64,000 nt of DNA from an uncultured Actinomycetota bacterium (GTDB lineage Bacteria; Actinomycetota; Actinomycetes; JAHEKZ01). A program made the translations under genes and the position numbers. The notes under the pieces are model-generated. The model did not search any database and was not told the DNA's origin. It saw only the letters and a program-made list of their open reading frames with translations. The stretch is from assembly GCA_963743915.1 (NCBI GenBank), contig CAVURN010000002.1:64001-128000 (forward strand), given 5' to 3'. This document shows, piece after piece, positions 37,430-45,958 of this stretch. Position 1 is the first letter of the stretch. The number at the start of each line of letters is the position of its first letter.

Positions 37430-38511
37430 CCGCGTCGACCGTGCATCCGCCGACCCGCAGACCACCCCGCCGCAACCCCGGTCACACGGCGGTCGTGGTG
37501 ATGGTGCTGCTCGCGCTGCTCGTCGGCGGTGCCTGGTTCGGCGTGCGCATCCTCGGGGATGCCCTCGGGGTGCTGGGGGGCGAGGACTACCCCGGACCTG
37601 GTAGTGGTGAGGTCGTGGTCGAGGTGTCTCCGGGCGACAGCACGTCAGCGATCGGCGAGACGCTCGAGGCGGCGGACGTCGTGGCGAGCAGCCAGGCGTT
37701 CGTCGACGTCGCGGCAGGCGACGAGCGGGCGCTCGGCATCCAGCCCGGCTCCTACACGATGCTGAAGCAGATGTCCGCGGAGGGCGCCCTGGAACGGCTC
37801 CTGGATCCCGCCTCCCGCGTCCAGACCGAGGTCGTGGTCCCGGAGGGGCTGCGCCTCAGCCAGGTCGTCGACCGGCTCGTCGCGGCGAGCGGCTTGCCGC
37901 CTGCCGACTTCGAGCGCGCCCTGCAGAGTCCTCGGGGCCTGGGCCTGCCGGAGTACGCGGACGGAGATGCGGAGGGCTTCCTGTTCCCCGCCACCTACAC
38001 ATTCGAACCTGACACCACGGCGCGCTCGATGCTCCGGCAGATGGTGCAACGGTTCGACCAGGCAGCGGCCGACGTCGGTCTGGTCGAGGGTGCGGCCGCG
38101 GCCGGGTACACCCCTCGCGAGGCGCTGACCATCGCCAGCCTGGTCCAGGCGGAGGTGGTCGAGCCGGACTTCGGCAAGGCATCCCGCGTGGTCGCCAACC
38201 GCCTGGCGGTCGGGATGAAGCTGCAGTTCGACTCGACGGTGAACTACGCCCTGGGTGAGGACGACCTGACGCTCGAGGACGATCAGCTCGCGACCGACTC
38301 GCCGTACAACACCTACCTGTACGCGGGGTTGCCGCCGGGTCCCATCAACTCACCGGGGGAGGCGGCGATGCGCGCGGCGATCGCACCGCCTCCCGGTGAC
38401 TGGGTCTACTTCATCGCGGTGTCGCCCGACAGCGACGCCACGCGGTTCACCGCCGACTACGACGAGTTCCTGCAGTGGAAGCGGGAGTTCTACGCGCAGG
38501 ACCCACCGTGA
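37426..38511 (+). CDS. mltG: Endolytic transglycosylase MltG
   Basis: VPEG, EGFLFPATY, ASLVQAE, SPYNTY..GLPPGPI. Confidence 0.94.
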   Translation: MTASTVHPPTRRPPRRNPGHTAVVVMVLLALLVGGAWFGVRILGDALGVLGGEDYPGPGSGEVVVEVSPGDSTSAIGETLEAADVVASSQAFVDVAAGDERALGIQPGSYTMLKQMSAEGALERLLDPASRVQTEVVVPEGLRLSQVVDRLVAASGLPPADFERALQSPRGLGLPEYADGDAEGFLFPATYTFEPDTTARSMLRQMVQRFDQAAADVGLVEGAAAAGYTPREALTIASLVQAEVVEPDFGKASRVVANRLAVGMKLQFDSTVNYALGEDDLTLEDDQLATDSPYNTYLYAGLPPGPINSPGEAAMRAAIAPPPGDWVYFIAVSPDSDATRFTADYDEFLQWKREFYAQDPP

Positions 38512-39353
38512 TGCGGGCGGCGGTCCTCGGGCATCCGATCGCCCACTCGCTGTCCCCCGTGCTCCACCGCCGCGCCTACGACGAGCTCGGGCTCGACTGG
38601 GACTACCAGGCCGTCGACCTCACGGCCGACCAGCTTCCCGGATTCCTCGACTCGCTCGACGCCACCTGGGTCGGCCTCTCGCTCACCATGCCGTTGAAGG
38701 AGGCGGTGCTGCCCCTGCTCGACGACGTCGAGCCCTGGGCGGCGGTCACTGCTGCGGTCAACACGGTGCTGCTCGCCGACGGTCGTCGGCAGGGCATCAA
38801 CACCGACGTCACCGGGCTCCGCGGCATCCTGCGGGACAGCGGGGCGGTCAGCGCACCTCGTGCCCTTGTCATCGGCGCCGGCGCGACCGCCCGCTCAGCG
38901 GTCGCCGCGCTCGCCGCCGAAGGTGCCGGCTCGGTGGCGGTCAGCGCGCGCCGGTCTGATGCGGTCGAGGACCTGCGCAGCCATCTGTCCGCGCTGTCCG
39001 ACGTGCTCGGGCGCCCGCGTCCGACGATCGACGCCGAGGTCTGGCCGCCCCGGCTCCACACGTGGGACGTGGTGATCAGCACGGTGCCCGCCCGGGCCTT
39101 CGACGACAGCGCGGAGCTTCCCAGCAAGCCCTCCGGCGTCCTGCTCGACGTCATCTACGACCCCTGGCCCACGCCGCTGGCCATCGGCTGGGAGCGTGCG
39201 GGTGGCCACGTCGTCGGCGGACTCGAGCTGCTGGTCCGGCAGGCGGTCGAGCAGGTCGCGCTGATGACCGGGCGGCGCCCCACTGCCGGGCTCATGCGCG
39301 CCGCGGGGGAGTCCGTCCTGCGGTCCCGGAGATTCGCTCAAGAGGAGCAGTGA
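38511..39353 (+). CDS. aroE: Shikimate dehydrogenase
   Basis: HSLSP, SLTMPLK, AVNT, NTD, GAGATA. Confidence 0.94.
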   Translation: MRAAVLGHPIAHSLSPVLHRRAYDELGLDWDYQAVDLTADQLPGFLDSLDATWVGLSLTMPLKEAVLPLLDDVEPWAAVTAAVNTVLLADGRRQGINTDVTGLRGILRDSGAVSAPRALVIGAGATARSAVAALAAEGAGSVAVSARRSDAVEDLRSHLSALSDVLGRPRPTIDAEVWPPRLHTWDVVISTVPARAFDDSAELPSKPSGVLLDVIYDPWPTPLAIGWERAGGHVVGGLELLVRQAVEQVALMTGRRPTAGLMRAAGESVLRSRRFAQEEQ

Positions 39354-39363
39354 CCCGGCCGAA
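39336..39363 (+). promoter_or_regulatory. sigma28/FliA/WhiG-type promoter P1 (Roadblock operon)
   Basis: GCTCAAG-N15-GCCGAA overlapping the aroE stop codon. Confidence 0.75.
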
Positions 39364-39437
39364 GCACCTTCAGAAGGTCCGGTGGGTGCTCTGGTGGGCC
39401 CCGGCGGACGACGCGGTTCGACCACTCGAGGTGCACC

Positions 39438-40174
39438 ATGTCAGACCCCTACGTCTCCGCCGTGAGCGGGGCTGCCGGACGTTCGACCCAGCTCGACCAG
39501 GTGCTGGGGACCCTGCTGCGTCAGGCACCGGACGTCGAGGCGGCTGCCGTGGTCTCGTTCGACGGCCTGCCCATGGCCTCGGCGTTGCCCGCCGGGATGG
39601 ACGAGGACCGAGTGGCCGCCATGTCGGCTGCCCTGCTCAGCCTCGGTGAACGTGCCGCCCAGGGCCTCGGTCGCGGCGACCTCTCGCAGGTCTACGTCGA
39701 GGGCGACTCGGGGACCGTCTTCCTGGTGAGCGCCGACGACGAGGCGGTTCTCGTCGCCGTGGCCCGGGCGGGGGCGAAGGTCGGCCTGATGCTCTTCGAG
39801 GTCAAGCAGGCCGCCGAGGCGGTCGCCACCGTGCTGCGGATCGAGGCGGACCCGCTTCCCCCGCTGGTGGTCGCCCCCACGGCCCCGCCGGTGCAGCAGC
39901 CCGTCCAGGAGCAGGTGCAGCAGCAGCCCACCCAGCAGGCCACGTGCCGCAGCCCGTCCAGGAGCAGGTGCAGGAGCAGCCGGTCCCCGTGGCCCAGACG
40001 GCGCACGACACCGACCCGCGATCGAACGGTCACGTGGCACCCGTGCCTCAGCCGACCCCCGCGCTCGAGCCGGACCCGCTCGGGGACCCGGTGCTGGAGT
40101 CCTCCTGGGACGCCGACCGGGCGCGGGACCGCCGTCCGGCGACCGTCGCCCCCGACGGGAGTGCCTGGTCCTAG
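39438..40174 (+). CDS. Roadblock/LC7 (MglB/CvnB-like) protein with Pro/Gln-rich tail, frameshift ~39940
   Basis: AAVVSFDGLPMAS, DRVAAMSAALLSLG, KVGLMLFE; duplicated QPVQEQVQ unit spaced 53 nt implies one lost base. Confidence 0.88.
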
Positions 40175-40239
40175 CCCGGGCTCCGGTGCCCGACCCCCTG
40201 ACCCCCGCCCGCACCTGTACCCGAGGAACGTGAACTGAC

Positions 40240-41469
40240 GTGAAGCTCGAAGGTTCGCTCGACGCCTTCAGTCTTCCGGACGTCTTCCAGCTGCTCAGCC
40301 TGACGAAGAAGTCCGGGGGACTTCACCTGACCAACGGTCAGGTCTCAGGCGTGGTGTATTTCGCCGGAGGCGCCGTGACCGGCGCCTCGTCCGACGCTTC
40401 CCGCCAGGCGCTGGCACGGCGCCTGGTCGGCCTGGGGGCAGCCGACGACGCGGCCCTACGGCGCGCCGTGGAGCGTGCGGCCGCGGACGGTGCCGGTGTG
40501 ACGCGGGCACTCGTCGAGGCCGGCGCCGTCGATCCCTCCGTCGTCCAGCGTCTGGCGCTCCAGCAGGTGGTCGATGCGGTGTTCGACCTGCTCCGGTGGC
40601 CGAACGGGGACTTCTCCTTCGCCATGGGCGAGGAGAACCCCGACGAGGTCGGCCTCTCGGTGCCCGCCGACCAGGTCGTCGGTGAGGCGGCCGCGCGTCG
40701 GGAGAGCTGGGAGTCGCTGTCCCGGCTGATCCCGAGCCCGGACGTGGTGCTCACCATGCCCGTGGTCGTGCCCGAAGGCACCACCGTCGCCCAGGACGAG
40801 TGGGCGCTGCTCTCCCTCGTCGACGGGGTGCGTCCCGTGGGTGAGCTCGTGGACGTCTCCGGGGCGGGACAGTTCGCAGTCGTCTCGACGCTCGGGGCGC
40901 TCCTGCAGCGGGGGCTGCTGGCGATCCGGGACGAGGAGTCCCCCGACCACATCGCGCTGGTCCGGCGGCGGCAGCAGCTGCTCGCCCCGCTGGAAGGCGG
41001 AGCCGAGGCGCCACCTGAGCCGGCCATGCCCGCCGCGGTGCCCTCCACCGATCCTGCCCCCCTCCCTTCAGGCCCGGTCGGCACCGTCGGCCTGCCCGCC
41101 TCACCTACCGCAGCCGCGGCCGCACCCCCGGCCGCCCCGGCGACCGCGCCGCTGGCCCCGGCAGCGTCCGCCGATCCCGGCGTCCTCCCGGGTGCGCACG
41201 ACCCCGCGGGCGTCGTGCCGCCCCGTCCTGAGCCGTTCCTGCCCAGACGCGAGGTCGACCACCCGGAGCCGGCCCGCGCGCCGTCCTTCGGAGCGCCCTC
41301 GGCAGGAGGGGCTCCTGTCTCGCCGCCGCTCACCGCACCGGCGGGTGCCACCGGCACCGTGGGCACGGCCACCGCAGCCCAGCCGGTGGCCGAGAGCGCC
41401 ATCGAACGTGATCCGACCGTCAACCGCAGCCTGATGCTGCGTCTCATCGCCGGTGTGCGGGGGCTCTAG
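40240..41469 (+). CDS. DUF4388 (PATAN) protein with degenerate MshEN-like insert, winged-helix and CvnC-like C-terminal helix
   Basis: LEGSLDAFSLPDVFQLL..KKSGGL; LLRWPNGDFSF; EWALLSLVDG.RPVGEL; ends NRSLMLRLIAGVRGL. Confidence 0.8.
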   Translation: MKLEGSLDAFSLPDVFQLLSLTKKSGGLHLTNGQVSGVVYFAGGAVTGASSDASRQALARRLVGLGAADDAALRRAVERAAADGAGVTRALVEAGAVDPSVVQRLALQQVVDAVFDLLRWPNGDFSFAMGEENPDEVGLSVPADQVVGEAAARRESWESLSRLIPSPDVVLTMPVVVPEGTTVAQDEWALLSLVDGVRPVGELVDVSGAGQFAVVSTLGALLQRGLLAIRDEESPDHIALVRRRQQLLAPLEGGAEAPPEPAMPAAVPSTDPAPLPSGPVGTVGLPASPTAAAAAPPAAPATAPLAPAASADPGVLPGAHDPAGVVPPRPEPFLPRREVDHPEPARAPSFGAPSAGGAPVSPPLTAPAGATGTVGTATAAQPVAESAIERDPTVNRSLMLRLIAGVRGL

Positions 41470-42045
41470 ATGGCAACGAAGCAGCGACGCAGGCACGGTG
41501 GACAGGCCGTCAAGGTCGTCATCACCGGGCCGTTCGCGGCCGGAAAGACCACCCTGATCCGGACGATCAGCGAGATCACCGTGCTCTCGACCGAGCGTGG
41601 TATCTCCGACCACACCCGGAGCCGCAAGAACGAGACCACGGTCGCGATGGACTTCGGCCGGATCACCATCGACCGCGAGCTCGTGCTGTACCTGTTCGGA
41701 ACGCCCGGGCAGGAGCGGTTCGACTTCATGTGGGAGATCCTCGGCGAGGGCATGCTCGGCTACGTGCTGCTGCTCGACGCCAACCGGCCCGAGTCGCTCG
41801 CGGAGGCCGTCGGGATCCTCGACGCCTTCCGGCGGATGGCCCGCGTTCCCTTCGTCGTGGCCCTGAACCGGACCGAGGGTGTCGACGAGGTCGAGGAGGC
41901 CCGGATCCGTCAGGCGCTCTCGCTGGACGCGGCCGTGCCCCTGGTCCCGTGCGACGCCACCGACAAGGAGTCGGTCAAGGCAGTGCTGCTGGCCCTGCTG
42001 TACGCCGTGCTCGACGAGGTCGAGACCGCCAAGGCCGGGGTCTAG
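41470..42045 (+). CDS. Small Ras-like GTPase (MglA group/CvnD-like)
   Basis: GPFAAGKTT, TTVAMDFG, LFGTPGQERF, atypical G4 NRTE, CDA. Confidence 0.92.
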   Translation: MATKQRRRHGGQAVKVVITGPFAAGKTTLIRTISEITVLSTERGISDHTRSRKNETTVAMDFGRITIDRELVLYLFGTPGQERFDFMWEILGEGMLGYVLLLDANRPESLAEAVGILDAFRRMARVPFVVALNRTEGVDEVEEARIRQALSLDAAVPLVPCDATDKESVKAVLLALLYAVLDEVETAKAGV

Positions 42046-42057
42046 TCCGAGCCGGTC

Positions 42058-42336
42058 ATGCTGTGGACCAGGCGGCGTGTCCGCGAGCCGCGAGGACGAC
42101 ACCGGGCCGCGGCGACGACAGCCGTCCCGCCGGTCCCGGTCTCTCCCGTCCCGGTCCCAGCCGGCCGCCGTGCCAGCCGCCGCCCCGTCCTTGCGCCGCA
42201 CGTTCCCGCGTCGACCCCGGTCGAGCCTGGAAGCGGCGTCCACCTCGGCTTCGCCGACGGCTCGGCGCTGGAGCTGGGGTCGGGGGACCCGCGGGTCGGC
42301 GCGTTCCGCGCCGTCGCCCGGACCCTGCGCGGCTGA
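42058..42336 (+). CDS. Small hypothetical protein
   Basis: 92-aa ORF filling the GTPase-pilB gap; Pro-rich middle, C-terminal VHLGFADGS..L motif. Confidence 0.5.
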   Translation: MLWTRRRVREPRGRHRAAATTAVPPVPVSPVPVPAGRRASRRPVLAPHVPASTPVEPGSGVHLGFADGSALELGSGDPRVGAFRAVARTLRG

Positions 42337-42364
42337 GGCTGCGCGGCTGATGCTGCGCGGTTGA
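42325..42364 (+). repeat. 14-bp-period direct repeat x3 upstream of pilB promoter
   Basis: CTGCGCGGCTGA at 42325 and 42339, CTGCGCGGTTGA at 42353. Confidence 0.8.
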
Positions 42365-42371
42365 CCCCGCG

Positions 42372-42398
42372 GCTCAAGGGAGCCGCGACGGCGCCGAT
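42372..42398 (+). promoter_or_regulatory. sigma28-type promoter P2 (pilB)
   Basis: GCTCAAG-N14-GCCGAT. Confidence 0.8.
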
Positions 42399-42467
42399 CT
42401 AGACAACGACGTCGGCACCTCCGGGGCGCACCCGCCTCGGTCGCAGCCGTGCGGGGAGGACACGCGC

Positions 42468-44135
42468 GTGAAGCAGCTGGGCGACATCCTGTTGCAGGAC
42501 GGTCTGGTCACCGAGGACCAGCTCTTTGCTGCGTTCCAGGAGCACAAGGAGCAGGGCAAGGCGCTGGGCCGGGTGCTCGTCGACCGTGGGTTCCTCACCG
42601 AGTCCCAGCTCGTCGCGGCCCTGGCCCAGCAGATCGGGCTCGAGTTCGTCGACCTGGCGGACTACCCGGTCGACGGCAGCATGATCGCCCGGGTGTCAGG
42701 GGCGATCTGCCGGAAGCACTCGGCGTTGCCGCTGCGGGCCGACGACGAGGGCAAGCTCATGCTCGCCATGGCCGACCCTGCGAACGTGTTCGCCATCGAC
42801 GACATCCGTTCCCTGACCGGGATGGACATCCGGCCGGTCGTGGCGACGCGCGCCGACGTGATCGCGGCCATCGACCGGTACTACCGGGCGGACTCGGAGA
42901 TCGACGACCTCACCGCGGCGATGGACAACGCCGACGACGACGAGGACCTGTCCAACCTCAAGGAGGTCGTCGAGGACGCCCCCATCGTCAGGTTCGTGAA
43001 CCTGCTGATCACGCAGGCGATCCAGGACCGCGCGTCCGACATCCACCTCGAACCGGGGGAGCACGCGCTGGTCGTGCGCTACCGGATCGACGGTGTCCTG
43101 AAAGACGTCATGAAGTCTCCGAAGAACATCCAGTCGGGCGTGATCAGCCGGCTGAAGATCATGTCGGACATCAACATCGCCGAGCGCCGGGTTCCGCAGG
43201 ACGGTCGGCTCTCGGTGACGCACCAGGGCAAGAAGATCGACCTCCGCGTGGCGACGTTGCCCACGGTCTGGGGCGAGAAGGTCGTCATGCGCATCCTGGA
43301 CAACTCGACGGCGCGGATGGAGCTGTCCGACCTCGGCTTCTCCGCCCTCAACTACGACATCTACTCGAAGAGCTTCATCAAGCCCTACGGGATGATCCTG
43401 GTGACCGGTCCCACCGGCTCCGGTAAGTCCACGACGCTCTATGCGACGCTGAACCAGATCGCGCGGCCCGAGGTCAACGTGATCACGGTGGAGGACCCGG
43501 TGGAGTACCGGCTCCCGGGCATCAACCAGGTGCAGACCAACGTCAAGGCAGGGCTGACGTTCGCGGCCGCCCTCCGGTCCATCCTGCGCTGTGACCCCGA
43601 CATCGTGCTGATCGGTGAGATCCGCGACCACGAGACGGCGCAGATCGCCGTCGAGGCGGCCCTGACCGGCCACCTGGTGCTCTCCACGCTGCACACCAAC
43701 GACGCCCCCTCGGCGGTCACCCGCCTGACCGAGATGGGTCTGGAACCGTTCCTCGTGGGCTCTGCCCTGGACTGCGTGCTCGCCCAGCGCCTGGCCCGCA
43801 GGCTCTGCAGCAAGTGCAAGGAGCCGTACGAGCCCTCGGCGGAGGCGCTGCTGACCGCCGGCTTCCCCTGGGAGGAAGGCACACCGCTGCCCACGCTGTA
43901 CCGCGCCGCTGGCTGCTCGGCCTGCTCCAAGACCGGGTACCGGGGTCGACTGGCCCTGCACGAGGTCATGGCGGTCTCCGAGACCATCGAGCGGCACGCC
44001 GTCGAGCACGCCTCAGCCACGGTCATCGCGCAGACAGCGAGGGACGAGGGCATGCGCACACTCCGCGATGACGGGATGCTGAAGGCCGCCGACGGGATCA
44101 CCACGATCGACGAGATCCTCCGCGTCGTCGTCTGA
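42468..44135 (+). CDS. pilB: Type IV pilus extension ATPase with N-terminal MshEN domain
   Basis: LGDILLQDG/LGRVLVDRG MshEN repeats, ASDIHLEP, PQDGR, GPTGSGKST, EDPVE, GEIRD, LHTND, CxxC...CxxC. Confidence 0.95.
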   Translation: MKQLGDILLQDGLVTEDQLFAAFQEHKEQGKALGRVLVDRGFLTESQLVAALAQQIGLEFVDLADYPVDGSMIARVSGAICRKHSALPLRADDEGKLMLAMADPANVFAIDDIRSLTGMDIRPVVATRADVIAAIDRYYRADSEIDDLTAAMDNADDDEDLSNLKEVVEDAPIVRFVNLLITQAIQDRASDIHLEPGEHALVVRYRIDGVLKDVMKSPKNIQSGVISRLKIMSDINIAERRVPQDGRLSVTHQGKKIDLRVATLPTVWGEKVVMRILDNSTARMELSDLGFSALNYDIYSKSFIKPYGMILVTGPTGSGKSTTLYATLNQIARPEVNVITVEDPVEYRLPGINQVQTNVKAGLTFAAALRSILRCDPDIVLIGEIRDHETAQIAVEAALTGHLVLSTLHTNDAPSAVTRLTEMGLEPFLVGSALDCVLAQRLARRLCSKCKEPYEPSAEALLTAGFPWEEGTPLPTLYRAAGCSACSKTGYRGRLALHEVMAVSETIERHAVEHASATVIAQTARDEGMRTLRDDGMLKAADGITTIDEILRVVV

Positions 44136-44179
44136 ACCAGCCACCGTTCGACCCGGTCGGACTAGTTCTCCTTGAGTCG

Positions 44180-44207
44180 GCTCAAGGGGTGACCCCCACA
44201 GGCCGAT
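44180..44207 (+). promoter_or_regulatory. sigma28-type promoter P3 (pilT-pilC)
   Basis: GCTCAAG-N15-GCCGAT. Confidence 0.8.
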
Positions 44208-44275
44208 GGTCGCTACAGGAGCACCACTGACGAGGTGGTGCACGTGGTGCGACGGCGCCCAAGGAGGCAACACTC

Positions 44276-45944
44276 GTGGAGACCACGAACTTCAGCGGCC
44301 CACCGCAGGGCGACGACGACGCGTCGGACGCCGGACGCGGCGAGGACCTCAACTTCTTCGCGCCGGCACCCGCGCCGACCACCGTCGCCGAACCGGCGGC
44401 TGAGCCTGCGCCTGAGCCCGAGTACCGCGCGGAGGCGGAGGCACCCGTCGAGTTCCAGCCCGAGCCGGTCTCCGAGCAGTCCGCCGAGCCTGCTCCGACC
44501 TTCGACCCCGGCGCTCTGGACGCCCCGAGTCTGCTCGCGCCGGAGGAGGTCGTGCCTGACGCCGGGTCCGGTCTGCCGATGTCGTTGGCGATCGCCGCAG
44601 AAGAGGCCGCCACGGTCGACGTCGAGAGCGCACCCGAACCCGCCGTCCTTCGACTACCAGGCCTTCATGGACCAGCCGGCCGATGCCGAGGCGGCTCCTG
44701 ACCCCGTCGAGACGGTGTCCGAAGCCGCACCGGTGGAGGAGGCAGCCGTCGACTACTCCGACCCGCAGCCGGCCCCCGTGGACTACGCGACCCCCGAGAC
44801 GATGGTCGAGCTCGCCGACTCAGAGGCCGAGGAGGCCGCGTACTCGCGCGTGACCACCGAGCCCACGCTGGGCGGCGAGGACATCGTCCTGGTCGACCTG
44901 CTGCTGCACATGCTGGAGATGGGCGCCTCCGACCTGCACATCACAGCGGGAGCACGCCCGGCGATCCGCGTCAACGGCGAGCTCTTCCAGATGGACGACT
45001 TCCCCGTCCTGACACCGCCGGTCATCCAGCGGGTCATGTACGCGGCGATCACGCAGCGCCAGCGGGAGATCTTCGAGGAGCAGCTCGAGCTCGACTTCGC
45101 CTACTCGGTCCCGGGGCGTGCGCGGTTCCGCGTCAACATGTACCGGCAGCGGGACTCGGTGGGTGCCGCTTTCCGCATCATCCCCTTCGAGATCAAGAAG
45201 CTCGAAGACCTGGGTGTCCCGCAGACGGTCGCCAACTTCGCCGCCCTGCCGCGTGGGTTCGTCCTCGTCACCGGTCCGACCGGTTCGGGCAAGTCCACCA
45301 CCCTGGCGTCGCTGCTCGACCTCGCGAACCGCACGCGCAAAGAGCACATCATGACGTGTGAGGACCCGATCGAGTTCCTCCACCGCCACCAGCAGTGCCT
45401 CGTGAACCAGCGTGAGGTGGGGGAGGACACCCACTCGTTCCAGAACGCGCTGAAGCACGTGCTGCGGCAGGACCCCGACATCATCCTGGTCGGTGAGATG
45501 CGTGACCTCGAGACCATCGGGGTCGCGCTGACCGCTGCAGAGACCGGTCACCTCGTCTACGCCACCCTGCACACGCAGGACGCGGCACAGACCATCGACC
45601 GTGTCATCGACGTCTTTCCTCCGCACCAGCAGCAGCAGGTTCGCGCGCAGCTCGCGCAGGCGATCCAGGGCGTGGTCTGCCAGACCCTGGCCCGGACGGC
45701 GGACGGCAAGGGCCGCGTGGTCGCCTGTGAGGTCATGGTGGCCACCCCGGCCATCCGGAACCTGATCCGTGAGGGAAAGACGCACCAGATCTACTCGGCC
45801 ATGCAGGCCGGCGCCAAGCACGGGATGCAGACCATGGACCAGCACCTGGCTGACCTGGTGAACAAGGGCCGGATCACGCACGAGACCGGCATCGAGAAGT
45901 GCCACCACATCGAAGACTTCAACCGGCTCACCGGCCGCGCCTGA
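44276..45944 (+). CDS. pilT: Type IV pilus retraction ATPase with ~200-aa acidic/Pro-rich N-terminal extension (frameshift ~44640)
   Basis: RBS AAGGAGG; ASDLH, RFRVN, GPTGSGKSTT, EDPIE, QREVG, GEMRD, AIRNLIRE. Confidence 0.94.
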
Positions 45945-45958
45945 CGGGAGCGTCACAC

